A DNA stretch of 64,000 nucleotides from Porphyrobacter sp. Its GTDB lineage: Bacteria > Pseudomonadota > Alphaproteobacteria > Sphingomonadales > Sphingomonadaceae. A model generated the notes under the pieces. That model saw nothing but the letters and a program-made list of their open reading frames with translations. It was not told the origin of the DNA and searched no databases. Below are positions 43,501-53,624 of this stretch, one piece after another. The position numbers and the translations under genes were made by a program. Where the stretch lies: contig JAUMAX010000020.1 in assembly GCA_032116115.1 (NCBI GenBank), positions 6,220 through 70,219 on the forward strand, given 5' to 3'. Each line of letters opens with the position of its first letter. The first letter of the stretch is position 1.

Positions 43501-43955
43501 GGGTTCGGGTTTCCTTGGGTCATGAAATTGTGAAAAGCAGCGCGCCATTCGGCAGGCTGGCGGCGCGGGCGGCCGTCAAGGGTGATGAAGCCGACGCGCA
43601 GATGCGCCTCGCACAACAGCTCGTCACCCCGGCGCGCGGTCTGGTGCATCCGGCAGGACGCCGCGCCCAGGTCCGTGCAGCGGGTTTCGATCACCACGTC
43701 GTCATCAAGCTTCGCCGGGCGCAGGTATCTGAGGTTGACCTCGGACAGGGCATAGGCGCCCTCGCCCCCTTCAATCGCTGCGCGCTGGTCAATCCCCAGC
43801 AGCCGCAGCAGATCGGACCGCGCCCGTTCGAACCAGCGCAGGTAATTGGCGTGGTAGGTGATCCCCGACAGATCGGTGTCCTCGTAATACACGCGCACCG
43901 CATAAAGGTGCCGCGCTCCATCAAGGATGCCGCCGGGGGGATTGGGAGAGGTCAT
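43497..43955 (-). CDS. ybgC: Tol-Pal-associated acyl-CoA thioesterase
   Basis: VRVYYEDTDLSGITYHANYLRWFERAR. Confidence 0.93.
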   Translation of the reverse strand: MTSPNPPGGILDGARHLYAVRVYYEDTDLSGITYHANYLRWFERARSDLLRLLGIDQRAAIEGGEGAYALSEVNLRYLRPAKLDDDVVIETRCTDLGAASCRMHQTARRGDELLCEAHLRVGFITLDGRPRRQPAEWRAAFHNFMTQGNPNP

Positions 43956-44045
43956 GGCTGCCACCTAGCCGAGCGGGGAATCACTGCAAAGGCCGCTGTT
44001 TGCCTTTTGTCGATGAACGGCAGTGGAACGCGGGTTAACCCGTAG

Positions 44046-44426
44046 CTATCGCCGCGCGATCATCGGCCCCAATGGCTGTCCGCCGAAGATGTGGACGTGC
44101 AAGTGCGGCACTTCCTGCCCGCCATGCGCGCCGATATTGGCCATCATGCGGTAGCCGGGTTCGACCAGCCCCTTCATTCGCGCCACCTCGCCCACCGCGC
44201 GGACGAAGCCGCCGATTTCGGCGTCGCTGGCCTTGGCGCTGAAATCGTCCCAGCTGACATAGCGGCCCTTGGGGATCACCAGGGTGTGCACTTCGGCCTG
44301 CGGATTGATGTCCTCGAAGGCGAAGGCCCAGTCATCCTCGTAGACTGTCTTCGAGGGGATTTCCCCGCGCAGGATCTTCGCGAAGATGTTGTTGTCGTCA
44401 TACGGCAGGGTCGGGTCGATCGGCAT
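44046..44426 (-). CDS. HIT family nucleotide-binding protein
   Basis: NIFAKILRGEIP; QEVPHLHVH histidine triad. Confidence 0.93.
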   Translation of the reverse strand: MPIDPTLPYDDNNIFAKILRGEIPSKTVYEDDWAFAFEDINPQAEVHTLVIPKGRYVSWDDFSAKASDAEIGGFVRAVGEVARMKGLVEPGYRMMANIGAHGGQEVPHLHVHIFGGQPLGPMIARR

Positions 44427-44740
44427 TATTCGCTCCGGCTGGCTTTTTCAGTGATGCCCGACACGCCCTCGCGCCGGTCGAGTTCGGCGAGCACCTGTTC
44501 AAGCTTCACGCCTTTTTCGGCGAGCAGCACCATCAGGTGGAACAGCACGTCCGCCGCTTCGCCGACCAACTCGGCCTCGTCGCCGGCCAGCGCGGCGATC
44601 ACCGCCTCGGTCGCTTCCTCGCCGAGCTTCTGGGCGATGGTCTTCAGCCCCTTGGCATGGAGCTTCGCCACATAGCTTTGCTCCGGCGGAGCGGTGAGGC
44701 GCTGGGCGATGGTGGCTTCGAGGCGGGTAAGGGTGTCCAT
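44426..44740 (-). CDS. hisE: Phosphoribosyl-ATP pyrophosphohydrolase
   Basis: SYVAKL, KLGEEATE, EAADVLFH, REGVSGITEKA. Confidence 0.95.
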   Translation of the reverse strand: MDTLTRLEATIAQRLTAPPEQSYVAKLHAKGLKTIAQKLGEEATEAVIAALAGDEAELVGEAADVLFHLMVLLAEKGVKLEQVLAELDRREGVSGITEKASRSE

Positions 44741-44754
44741 AGGGCTACTTTCGA

Positions 44755-45519
44755 TCAAACCCCGCGCGCGGGCAAGCCCGCTGCCCGCAGCGCGGCGTGT
44801 GCCTCTGCGATGGTGTGGTGGCCGAAGTGGAAAATCGAGGCGGCGAGCACCGCGCTGGCGTGGCCCTTGGTCACGCCTTCGACGAGGTGTTCAAGGCTGC
44901 CCACCCCGCCGCTGGCGATCACCGGCACGCTGACGGCATCGGCGATTTCACGGGTGAGGGCGAGGTCATAGCCACGCTGCGTCCCGTCGCCGTCCATGCT
45001 GGTGACAAGCAATTCGCCGGCGCCCAGATCGGCAACCTTCAACGCATATTCGACCGCGTCGATCCCGGTCGGCTTGCGCCCGCCGTGGGTGAAGATTTCC
45101 CAGTTCCCCCGCGGCGTGCGGCGCGCATCGACGCTGGCGACGACGCACTGGCTGCCGAAGCGCGCCGCGATCTCGCCCACCAGTTCGGGCCGGGCGACAG
45201 CCGCGCTGTTCACCGCGACCTTGTCCGCCCCTGCCAAAAGCAGCGCCCGCGCATCCTCGGCGCTGCGCACCCCGCCGCCCACGGTCAGCGGCATGAAACA
45301 CACCTCCGCCGTGCGCCGCACCATATCGAGCAGCGTCCCGCGCCCTTCGTGGCTGGCGGAAATGTCGAGGAAGCACAGTTCATCCGCGCCCGCCGCATCA
45401 TAGGCGCGCGCCTGCTCCACCGGATCGCCCGCGTCCTTGAGGTCGACGAAATTGACGCCCTTGACCACGCGGCCATCGGCCACGTCGAGGCAGGGTATCA
45501 CGCGGATGCGGACGGTCAT
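44755..45519 (-). CDS. hisF: Imidazole glycerol phosphate synthase cyclase subunit
   Basis: [35 protein letters not shown]. Confidence 0.97.
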   Translation of the reverse strand: MTVRIRVIPCLDVADGRVVKGVNFVDLKDAGDPVEQARAYDAAGADELCFLDISASHEGRGTLLDMVRRTAEVCFMPLTVGGGVRSAEDARALLLAGADKVAVNSAAVARPELVGEIAARFGSQCVVASVDARRTPRGNWEIFTHGGRKPTGIDAVEYALKVADLGAGELLVTSMDGDGTQRGYDLALTREIADAVSVPVIASGGVGSLEHLVEGVTKGHASAVLAASIFHFGHHTIAEAHAALRAAGLPARGV

Positions 45520-45863
45520 GGATGAGCCTCCGGCAGCGGCTCACGTGGCGGCTCCACGATCATCACGCAGCCACTCTCTGGACAAACAAGCTCCTCCGGC
45601 GAGGGCGGCAGGCAATTGTCACCCTGGCACCCTGCATCATCCCGCATCAGCATCACCGGGGCGGGCCACAGGCAGCTGAGGAAGAACGCCCCGGCCATGC
45701 CATAGACCAGCCCGTTCTTGCCAAAGCGCGGGGCCAGGAAACGCTCCGCCGCCAGCGCGAGGCCGAGGAACATGACGATGTTGATCAGCGCGATCTCGAC
45801 CGTGCCCACGGTCACGCCGGCAAGGAAGGTGAGGCACAGGAACAGGAAGCCCATCAGGCGCAT
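45516..45863 (-). CDS. Hypothetical membrane protein with Cys/Pro-rich tail
   Basis: About 3 hydrophobic segments then CQGDNC...CPESGC; ATGA-coupled to hisF. Confidence 0.65.
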   Translation of the reverse strand: MRLMGFLFLCLTFLAGVTVGTVEIALINIVMFLGLALAAERFLAPRFGKNGLVYGMAGAFFLSCLWPAPVMLMRDDAGCQGDNCLPPSPEELVCPESGCVMIVEPPREPLPEAHP

Positions 45864-45867
45864 CGGA

Positions 45868-46596
45868 TCAGACCCGCGCCCCCATCGCAATGGCCGCCGC
45901 AAGGTCAAGCCGCCCCTCATAGAGCGCCCGTCCCGTAATCACGCCTTCGATCCCTTCATGCGCGTGGAGCGAGAGAATGTGGATGTCATCCAGCCCCTTC
46001 ACGCCGCCGCTGGCGATCACCGGGATATCGACCCGGCGGGCGAGATCGACCGTGGCTTCGATGTTCACGCCCTTCAGCAGCCCATCGCGGCCGATATCAG
46101 TGAACAGCAGCGAGGCCACGCCTGCATCCTCGAACCGGCGGGCCAGATCGGTGACGGGAACATCGGAGACTTCGGCCCAGCCCTCAGTCGCGACCATCCC
46201 GTCTTTCGCGTCCACCGCGACAACGATGCCGCCTTCCCATTCGCGCGCCATGTCCTTGACGAACTCGGGGTTCTTGAGAGCCGCCGAGCCCATCACCACC
46301 CGCGCCACGCCGAGGTTGAACCACCCTTCAACCGCTGCCGCATCGCGGATGCCGCCGCCCAGCTGCACATAACCGGGAAAGGCGGCGACGATCGCCTCGA
46401 CCGCGGCACGGTTGCGGCTTTCGCCGGCAAAGCTGCCGTCAAGATCGACGACATGGAGATGCTCCGCGCCCGCATCGGCGAAGATCAGCGCCTGCGCGGC
46501 GGGATCATCGCCGTAGATCGTGGCGCGGTCCATGTCGCCTTCGGACAGGCGGACGACCTGACCGCCCTTCAAATCGATGGCAGGAAATACAATCAA
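45868..46596 (-). CDS. hisA: HisA isomerase
   Basis: [40 protein letters not shown]; TTG start overlapping the hisH stop. Confidence 0.96.
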   Translation of the reverse strand: MIVFPAIDLKGGQVVRLSEGDMDRATIYGDDPAAQALIFADAGAEHLHVVDLDGSFAGESRNRAAVEAIVAAFPGYVQLGGGIRDAAAVEGWFNLGVARVVMGSAALKNPEFVKDMAREWEGGIVVAVDAKDGMVATEGWAEVSDVPVTDLARRFEDAGVASLLFTDIGRDGLLKGVNIEATVDLARRVDIPVIASGGVKGLDDIHILSLHAHEGIEGVITGRALYEGRLDLAAAIAMGARV

Positions 46597-47219
46597 GGAT
46601 ACCACTCCAGAAAGCGCCGGAGCGTGGCGAGGCCGTAAGCCTGGCTCTTTTCCGGGTGAAACTGCACACCGATGATATTGTCGCGCGCGACCGCGGCGAC
46701 CAGACCCTCGCCGTGGTCGGTCATGGCGGCGACATGGTGCGGGTCTTCCGCCGCGAAGTGATAGGAGTGGAGGAAATAGGCCTCCCCTTCATCAATCACC
46801 GCATGATCACGCGCATGGGGGAGCATCGCCACATCGTTCCAGCCCATGTGCGGCACCTTGATCGCGGGGTCGCTAGGCTGGATCAGCCGCACCTCGCCCG
46901 GCACCCAGCCGAGGCCGGGCGTTTCGCCATGTTCAAGCCCGCGATCCGCCAGCAGTTGCATCCCGACGCAAATGCCAAGGAACGGCGCACCGCCGATATG
47001 GACGCGCTCCTTCATTGCCTCGACCATGCCGGAAATGGCGTTCAGTCCCTCGGCGCAGGCCTTGAAGCTGCCGACACCGGGCAGCACAATCCGGTCCGCC
47101 GCGCGCACGACAAAGGGATCGGCGGTGACGGTGACACTCGCCCCTGCCGCCTTCAGGGCATTGTGAACCGAATGGAGGTTGCCCGCGCCGTAATCAATCA
47201 GCGCGATAACCTCAGCCAC
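46593..47219 (-). CDS. hisH: IGP synthase glutamine amidotransferase subunit
   Basis: [31 protein letters not shown]. Confidence 0.96.
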   Translation of the reverse strand: MAEVIALIDYGAGNLHSVHNALKAAGASVTVTADPFVVRAADRIVLPGVGSFKACAEGLNAISGMVEAMKERVHIGGAPFLGICVGMQLLADRGLEHGETPGLGWVPGEVRLIQPSDPAIKVPHMGWNDVAMLPHARDHAVIDEGEAYFLHSYHFAAEDPHHVAAMTDHGEGLVAAVARDNIIGVQFHPEKSQAYGLATLRRFLEWYP

Positions 47220-47820
47220 CGAGCTGCCCCTTGGTGCTGGGCACGCTCTCACCCTTGCGCGGGTCGCGTTCCACCGCCTGCCGCATGGCGCGGGCGAAGC
47301 CCTTGTAGAGGCTTTCGCAGATGTGGTGGTTGTTGCTGCCGTAGAGCAGTTCCATGTGCAGGGTGATCCCGGCGCTTTGCGAGACGGAATGGAACCAGTG
47401 CTCGATCAGCTCGGTGTCCCATTCGCCCAGACGTTCCTGCGTGAACTTGGCCTTCCAGACGAGATAAGGCCGCCCGGAGATATCCAGAGCAACCCGGCTC
47501 AGCGTCTCGTCCATCGGCGAATAGGCCGCGCCGTACCGCCCGATCCCGGCCTTGTCGCCCAGCGCGTTGCTGATCGCCTGCCCCAGCGCAATCGCCGAAT
47601 CCTCGGTGGTGTGGTGCTGGTCGACATGCAGGTCGCCCTCCACCTTCATCGTCACATCGATCAGCGAATGGCGGCTGAACTGTTCGACCATGTGGTCGAG
47701 AAAGCCGATGCCGGTCGACACGTCATAGGCGCCCGTGCCGTCAAGATTGACGGCGATGGCGATCTTGGTCTCGGTGGTGTTGCGTGTCACCGAGCCGGTG
47801 CGGGCAGGGATGCTGGACAT
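47212..47820 (-). CDS. hisB: Imidazoleglycerol-phosphate dehydratase
   Basis: [29 protein letters not shown]. Confidence 0.97.
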   Translation of the reverse strand: MSSIPARTGSVTRNTTETKIAIAVNLDGTGAYDVSTGIGFLDHMVEQFSRHSLIDVTMKVEGDLHVDQHHTTEDSAIALGQAISNALGDKAGIGRYGAAYSPMDETLSRVALDISGRPYLVWKAKFTQERLGEWDTELIEHWFHSVSQSAGITLHMELLYGSNNHHICESLYKGFARAMRQAVERDPRKGESVPSTKGQLGG

Positions 47821-47978
47821 GGCCCCGCGCTATAGTCGGCTGGCGGCGCATGACAAGCATCGCGCGCATCTGCTTGCGATCCGGTTACAAAGCTGTGTGG
47901 AGATGCGGGGCCAAACCGGCATCGAAGCGGCATGGGGGCTTGACCAAGCCCGCGCGCAGCGTCACCAATCGCCGAGTC

Positions 47979-48458
47979 ATGACCAGCGACGCACCCGATA
48001 GCCTGATCCCCTACGACGAGATCGTCCAGGAAGCCCTGCGTGCGGTCGTCGGCCGGGTGCTCGGCTCGATTGTCAGCGGCGGCAGCACCCTGCCCGGCGC
48101 GCACCATTTCTACATCACCTTCAAGACCGCCGCCCCCGGCGTGTCGATCCCCCCGCACTTGCGCGAACGCTTCCCGGACGAGATGACCATCGTGCTCCAG
48201 AACAAGTTCTGGGATCTCGAAGTCCTCCCGCACAGCTTTTCGGTCAGCCTCACCTTCAATCAGGTGCCGGCCAAGCTGACGATTCCCTTCGCCGCGATCA
48301 CCGCCTTCGTCGATCCGGCGGTGGATTTCGGCCTCCAGTTCCAGGCTGCGGCCGAAGAGCTTGAGCCTGAACCCCATGAAGACGCCGAAAATGACGGGCC
48401 GGACACCGACCCGGATGGCTCGAACGTGGTGAGCATCGATTTCGGGCGCAAGAAATAG
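47979..48458 (+). CDS. sspB: Alphaproteobacterial SspB ClpXP adaptor
   Basis: HHFYITFKT..PGV.IP..L..RFPDEMTIVLQNKFWDL, AFVDPAVDFGLQF, C-terminal NVVSIDFGRKK. Confidence 0.9.
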   Translation: MTSDAPDSLIPYDEIVQEALRAVVGRVLGSIVSGGSTLPGAHHFYITFKTAAPGVSIPPHLRERFPDEMTIVLQNKFWDLEVLPHSFSVSLTFNQVPAKLTIPFAAITAFVDPAVDFGLQFQAAAEELEPEPHEDAENDGPDTDPDGSNVVSIDFGRKK

Positions 48459-48463
48459 GCCCG

Positions 48464-48877
48464 ATGGCGCGGGGCAAGCGGGCAGGCACAGGCAAAGCTG
48501 GCAAGGCTGACGCCGCGCCTGCTGCCTCTGACCAATCGCCAACCGGCCCCGGCGGCCTTCCCCTGCCCAGTCCGGTCGCTGCGACCAATCTTGTCATTGC
48601 CGACATCGTCCTGCGCGCCGCAGGCGGCCTGCTGCGCGACCGGATGGAAAAAGGCCTGCTGGTCAAAAGCTACGATCAGGCCAAGGCTGACAAGCTGGTC
48701 GACGGGCGCGGGGTGGCAACCACGCTGGCGCTGTGGGGTGCCAGCCGCCTTGCGCGCCGTTCGCCCATCGGTCTTGCGGTCGTTGCGGGCGGGCTTGCGG
48801 CCAAGGTATTCTATGATCGCGGCAAGCGGCTGGAGACCAAACGCCGTGCGCGAAAGGCCGCCAAGCCGGATTCCTGA
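48464..48877 (+). CDS. Hypothetical protein
   Basis: 137-aa ORF in typical codon usage between sspB and gmk. Confidence 0.7.
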   Translation: MARGKRAGTGKAGKADAAPAASDQSPTGPGGLPLPSPVAATNLVIADIVLRAAGGLLRDRMEKGLLVKSYDQAKADKLVDGRGVATTLALWGASRLARRSPIGLAVVAGGLAAKVFYDRGKRLETKRRARKAAKPDS

Positions 48878-48935
48878 GCACCGCTGGATATGCGGGCCTC
48901 TTGATTAAGAGGGGCGTGTTGGTGCAACGGGGCCT

Positions 48936-49586
48936 ATGGGCGACACTCCACACCATTCCGACGACACGCTCCACCGCCGGGGCCTGATGTTCATCCTGTC
49001 TTCGCCATCGGGCGCGGGCAAGACCACCTTGTCGCGGATGCTGCTGGCCAAGGATGCCGAGATCAAGCTTTCCGTCTCGGCCACCACCCGCCCGCCGCGA
49101 CCGGGCGAAATCGACGGGGTGCATTACCACTTCGTCTCGCCCGAGACCTTCGACCGTATGATCGAAGAGGACGATTTCTACGAATGGGCGCATGTCTTCG
49201 GCCACCGTTACGGCACGCCCAAGGGGATCATCCGCGCCGCTCTGAAGCAGGGGCAGGACTTTCTGTTCGATATCGACTGGCAGGGCACCCAGCAGCTTTA
49301 CCAGAAAGACCAGCAGGATGTGGTGCGGGTGTTCATTCTCCCCCCCTCTATCGAGGAATTGCACCGCCGCCTTCAGGGCCGCGCGACCGACAGTGCCGAG
49401 GTGATCGCCGCCCGCATGGAACGCGCCCACGCCGAGATCAGCCACTGGGACGGCTATGATTATGTCATCATCAATGATGATGTGAACGTGTGCTTCGACA
49501 AGGTGCACGCGATTCTGGAAGCCGAACGGATGAAGCGTGCCCGCCAGACCGGCCTCATTCCCTTCGTGCGCGGATTGATGGGCTGA
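48936..49586 (+). CDS. gmk: Guanylate kinase
   Basis: ILSSPSGAGKTT, SVSATTRPPRPGE.DG.HYHF, YGTP, FDIDWQG. Confidence 0.97.
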   Translation: MGDTPHHSDDTLHRRGLMFILSSPSGAGKTTLSRMLLAKDAEIKLSVSATTRPPRPGEIDGVHYHFVSPETFDRMIEEDDFYEWAHVFGHRYGTPKGIIRAALKQGQDFLFDIDWQGTQQLYQKDQQDVVRVFILPPSIEELHRRLQGRATDSAEVIAARMERAHAEISHWDGYDYVIINDDVNVCFDKVHAILEAERMKRARQTGLIPFVRGLMG

Positions 49587-49641
49587 CCGCCTGCCGCGCG
49601 CGCCGACACCGCTTGTCGCATTTGTGATAATCCGGTCGCAA

Positions 49642-49659
49642 ATGTCATATATCTGACAC
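49642..49659 (+). promoter_or_regulatory. Pho box (PhoB site)
   Basis: ATGTCAT-ATAT-CTGACAC resembles CTGTCAT-N4-CTGTCA(C/T), directly upstream of a phosphate-porin-like gene. Confidence 0.7.
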
Positions 49660-49725
49660 GCAAACGCCATATCGGCCCGCCAAGCCGGTTCATCCTGAGC
49701 GGGCATGTTGCGAAAGCGGTTGTCC

Positions 49726-51207
49726 ATGCCCCGCCCATCCGATGCCTTTCTGAACGGCCATGCCGTCCGCCTGATCGCTGCTGCCCTGCTGGCCAGCACG
49801 AGCGTTCCTGCACTCGCACAGGCCTCCGCGCCCGAAGCGCCGGATCAGGCCGCCACCATTGCCGATCTCCAGCGCCAGATCGACGAGCTGAAAGCCATGA
49901 TCGGCGCATTGCAGGCACCGCAGCCCGCGCCTGCGCCCGTAGCCGCGTCTCCGGTTCCGGCCATCGCGCAAGCCGCACCGCCGGCGCTGCCCGCCCCCGC
50001 AGCGGGCAACCCGGCAGCGCAGCCCCCGATCCAGGTCGCCGCCGCACCGGCCCCCAAGCCCAAGGCATGGTATGAAAAGCTGCGCCTGCGCGGTTACACC
50101 CAGATGCGGGTCAACCAGATCATCTCGGGCGATGCCGATGCGCCCGCTGGCGTTTCACGCCTGCGCACGATCCACGACAGCGGGTTGAACGGCGACAGCA
50201 ATTTCACCTTCCGCCGGATGCGGCTGATCCTGCAGGGCGACCTCAACGAGCATGTCTCGCTCTACTTCCAGCCCGATTTCGCCGCCGCGATTGCCAACCA
50301 GTCGGTCGGCGAGCGGCGTGAGAACAGCGTTTCCCTGCGCGACATGTATGCCGATGTCTTCCCCACCGGCGACAAGTCGTTCCGCATCCGGCTCGGCCAG
50401 TCCAAGGTGCCCTATGGCTGGGAAAACATGCAGTCCTCGTCCAACCGTCTTGCGCTGGATCGTACCGACGCGATCAACACCGCCGCTGCCGGCGAGCGCG
50501 ATATGGGGATCGTCGCCTATTACACCCCGCCCCGCGTTCAGGCGATCTGGGACCGCCTGACAGCTGACGGCCAGAAGCTTTTCGGCAATTACGGCGCCTT
50601 CGGTGTCGGCGTGTTCAACGGACAGGGCCTCAACCGCTCGGAAGTCGACAATGACCTGATGACTGTGGCGCTGGCGACATGGCCGTTCGAACTGGACGGT
50701 CTGGGACTGGGCAATCAGGTGTTCGAGATCGGCGGGTCGGTCATGCGCAACACCATCCGCCCGGAAGTGCGCACTGGCGGAGTCAGCGCGGTCGGGTTCA
50801 AGGACAACCGCGTCAACGTCCATGCGATCCTCTATCCGCAGCCCTTCGGCATTCAGGCCGAATGGAACTGGGGAACGGGGCCGGAATTCGTCCCCGCCAC
50901 CGGCCGGATCGAGGAACGCCCGGTCGATGGCGGCTATGTGCAGGCCATGGCCAAGATCGACAATTCGCCGATCGGGCCGTTCTATCCTTTCGCCCGCTGG
51001 CAATATTATCGCGGCGGCTTCAAGGCGGCGATCAACGCGCCCCGGCTTGAGACCGAGGAGCTGGAACTGGGCTTCGAATTCCAGCTCGATCCGGCGCTGG
51101 AACTGACCGCAACCTATGGCTGGGCCTCACGCAAGGAAGCCGACGAGCGCCGCTTCGGTCAGGCCGAAGGGCAGATCCTGCGCATTCAGGCGCAGTGGAA
51201 CTATTGA
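49726..51207 (+). CDS. Phosphate-selective porin (OprO/OprP-like) with N-terminal coiled coil
   Basis: Signal peptide, coiled coil and Pro/Ala linker, RGYTQMR, FRRMRL, RLGQSKVPYGWE..QSS, C-terminal QWNY; start approximate. Confidence 0.8.
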   Translation: MPRPSDAFLNGHAVRLIAAALLASTSVPALAQASAPEAPDQAATIADLQRQIDELKAMIGALQAPQPAPAPVAASPVPAIAQAAPPALPAPAAGNPAAQPPIQVAAAPAPKPKAWYEKLRLRGYTQMRVNQIISGDADAPAGVSRLRTIHDSGLNGDSNFTFRRMRLILQGDLNEHVSLYFQPDFAAAIANQSVGERRENSVSLRDMYADVFPTGDKSFRIRLGQSKVPYGWENMQSSSNRLALDRTDAINTAAAGERDMGIVAYYTPPRVQAIWDRLTADGQKLFGNYGAFGVGVFNGQGLNRSEVDNDLMTVALATWPFELDGLGLGNQVFEIGGSVMRNTIRPEVRTGGVSAVGFKDNRVNVHAILYPQPFGIQAEWNWGTGPEFVPATGRIEERPVDGGYVQAMAKIDNSPIGPFYPFARWQYYRGGFKAAINAPRLETEELELGFEFQLDPALELTATYGWASRKEADERRFGQAEGQILRIQAQWNY

Positions 51208-51220
51208 GGCCGCTGCCGGA

Positions 51221-51382
51221 TCATTCCCGCGGCACTTCATCCGGCCCGGGCGGGTCGAAATCGGGCGGGGTCGGCTCGGTTTCGGGCGGCGATGGTTCGC
51301 CCGGTTCGAAGGTCGGCGGCGGGGTTTCGACCGGCGCGCCCGGCTCGATCGTGTCCGGCGTGGTCGGTGGGATGCTGGCCAT
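51221..51382 (-). CDS. 53-aa Pro/Glu/Thr-rich small protein (below the ORF-track cut-off)
   Basis: SD AAGGAG 7 nt before ATG; MASIPPTTPDTIEPGAPVETPPPTFEPGEPSPPETEPTPPDFDPPGPDEVPRE. Confidence 0.7.
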   Translation of the reverse strand: MASIPPTTPDTIEPGAPVETPPPTFEPGEPSPPETEPTPPDFDPPGPDEVPRE

Positions 51383-51500
51383 TGGCTGTCTCCTTGGGGT
51401 GCGCGACGCTCAGCCAGCATAGCCTATTCGCGGGACTTGTGATGCCGCTTCGTTGTGCTGCTCGTCCCATCCCCATGCCGGTCTGGCCGCTGGCGCACCA

Positions 51501-51531
51501 AAAAGGCCGCCGGATCGCTCCGACGGCCTTT
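51501..51531 (-). terminator. Intrinsic terminator downstream of the SDR gene
   Basis: AAAGGCCG.CGGA / TCCG.CGGCCTTT stem with A/T tracts on both sides. Confidence 0.7.
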
Positions 51532-51554
51532 CTGGAATTGCTTGGCGTGAAGCC

Positions 51555-52364
51555 TCAGTGGCCGCCGCCCGGATCGGCGAAGTGGCTCGGCAGGTGGGCG
51601 TTGACCACGCCGCCATCGACGGTCAGCGTCTCGCCCACCACGTAATCGCCCGCGCGGCTGCACAGGTAGATTGCGGCGGCTGCCATGTCTTCGGCGGTGC
51701 CGATGCGCTTGGCCGGGATGCCCGAAGCCGAAGCGTCGGGCGCGTCCTTGGCGGCCTTGTTCATCTCGGACGGGAAAGCCCCCGGCGCGATCGACGTGAC
51801 GACGATGTTGTCCTGGATCAGCCGCGCGGCCATGCGCCGGGTCAGCTGGATCACCGCCGCCTTCGACGCCTGATAGGCATAGGTTTCCCACGGGTTGATG
51901 CGCTGGCCATCAATCGACGAGACGTGGATCACCTTCGCCGGATGCCCGTTCTGCCCGCCCGCGACCAGCAGATCGTGGAGCTTCTGCGTCAGGAAGAACG
52001 GCGTCTTGACGTTGAGGTCCATCGTCCGGTGCCAGCCGGCTTCCGAGAATTCGAGGTAAGGCTGGCCCCATGCGGCGCCTGCATTGTTGATGAGGATATC
52101 GAGGTGCCTCTCGCGCGCCTTAAGCTCATTGGCGAGGCTGACCATGCCGTCCATCTGGGACAAGTCGGCGGGAATGCCGATGACGCGATCAGCGCCGAAT
52201 TCGTCGATGGTCGCCTGCATCTGGTCGGCCTTGCGGGCCGAGATATAGACCTTGGCACAGCCCGCAGCGAGCAGGCCTTCGACGAACATCTTGCCGATCC
52301 CGCGGCTGCCGCCGGTGACCAGCGCAATGCGGCCTTCGAGGCTGAAAAGTGATTGAATGTCCAT
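51555..52364 (-). CDS. Short-chain dehydrogenase/reductase
   Basis: LVTGGSRGIG, ILINNAG, YQASK catalytic motif. Confidence 0.93.
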   Translation of the reverse strand: MDIQSLFSLEGRIALVTGGSRGIGKMFVEGLLAAGCAKVYISARKADQMQATIDEFGADRVIGIPADLSQMDGMVSLANELKARERHLDILINNAGAAWGQPYLEFSEAGWHRTMDLNVKTPFFLTQKLHDLLVAGGQNGHPAKVIHVSSIDGQRINPWETYAYQASKAAVIQLTRRMAARLIQDNIVVTSIAPGAFPSEMNKAAKDAPDASASGIPAKRIGTAEDMAAAAIYLCSRAGDYVVGETLTVDGGVVNAHLPSHFADPGGGH

Positions 52365-52368
52365 GTGA

Positions 52369-53508
52369 TCAATATCCGCTCAGGGTGGCCACGCGGTTCG
52401 CGTGGAAATAGGCATCGCCCAGAAATTCGGCCAAGGCGCGGTCGCGCTTCATGTAGAGGCCGATGTCGTATTCGTCGGTCATGCCGATGCCGCCGTGCAT
52501 CTGCACGCCTTCCTGCACCGCGAGGCGCGCGGTCTTGGCGACCTTGGCCTTGGCGACGCTGGCCATCAGATCGGCGCTCGGAGCCCCTGCATCGAGCAGC
52601 TGCTGCGCCTTGATCGTCACCGCGCGGGCGATTTCGACTTCGGAATAGAGGTGGCTGGCGCGGTGCTGGAGGGCCTGGAACTCGCCGATCAGCTTGCCGA
52701 ACTGCTTGCGCTGCTTGAGGTAATCGACGGTCATGTCCATCGCGCCGCGGGCAACGCCCACGCCCTCGGCCGCCGCGCCGACGCGGCCCGCCAGCAGCAT
52801 GGCATCGAGCACGGCGCGCCCACCGTCGATCTCGCCGATCACGGCATCGCCGTCCAATTCGACGCTGTCGAATCGGGTGTGGGTGGCCATCGAGGAATCG
52901 ACCAACCGGACGCTGTCATGGCTCATGCCGCTTGCGTCCTTGGGGACAGCGAACAGCGTGATGCCGTCGGCATCCTCGTCCGCGCCGGAGGTGCGGGCAG
53001 CGACCACGATCATGTCGGCGCTGGCACCCTGAATGACGAAGCTCTTGGCGCCGCTCAGCTTGAAGCCGTTGCCCGACTTTTCGGCGCGGGTGGTGATGCG
53101 GCTGGGGCGGTGCTTGGCCGTCTCGTCAATGGCGACGGCAAAGACGCTGTCGCCCGCGATCAGGCCGGGCAGATAGCGGCCCTTGAGGTCTGCCGACCCG
53201 TGCTTGAGCGCAGTCGCGGCCAGCACGGACGATGTCAGGAACGGCGAGGGCGTCAGATTGCGGCCGATCTCTTCCAGCACGATACCCGCCTCGACATGGC
53301 CCATGCCGAGCCCGCCATCGGCTTCCTCCACCAGCATCCCGGTGAAGCCCATTTCGGCCATCTGCTTCCACAGCCCGTGGCCGAAACCGTCCTTGCAATT
53401 GCGGTCGCGCCAGTGGCGCAGCTGCTTGGCGATATTGCCTTCCTCGGCGATGAAACCGCGCGCGGTGTCGGCCAGCATCGCCTGATCGTCGTTATGATAC
53501 AGGGGCAT
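52369..53508 (-). CDS. Acyl-CoA dehydrogenase family protein
   Basis: DYLKQRKQFGKLIGEFQALQH, VQMHGGIGMTDE. Confidence 0.93.
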   Translation of the reverse strand: MPLYHNDDQAMLADTARGFIAEEGNIAKQLRHWRDRNCKDGFGHGLWKQMAEMGFTGMLVEEADGGLGMGHVEAGIVLEEIGRNLTPSPFLTSSVLAATALKHGSADLKGRYLPGLIAGDSVFAVAIDETAKHRPSRITTRAEKSGNGFKLSGAKSFVIQGASADMIVVAARTSGADEDADGITLFAVPKDASGMSHDSVRLVDSSMATHTRFDSVELDGDAVIGEIDGGRAVLDAMLLAGRVGAAAEGVGVARGAMDMTVDYLKQRKQFGKLIGEFQALQHRASHLYSEVEIARAVTIKAQQLLDAGAPSADLMASVAKAKVAKTARLAVQEGVQMHGGIGMTDEYDIGLYMKRDRALAEFLGDAYFHANRVATLSGY

Positions 53509-53537
53509 TGTTTTTCCCTCTCCCGGAAATTTCTGAA

Positions 53538-53618
53538 CGTCATCCCGGGCTTGACCCGGGACCGCTGTGATCTTGGTGCCAAGGGCGATAGCGGCCCCGG
53601 GTCAAGCCCGGGGCGACG
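53538..53618. repeat. REPIN-like element: two inverted copies of a GTCATCCCGGGCTTGACCCGGG palindrome
   Basis: 53538-53566 and 53590-53618 are reverse complements with 3 mismatches; each arm is itself a hairpin. Confidence 0.8.
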
Positions 53619-53624
53619 CTATTT

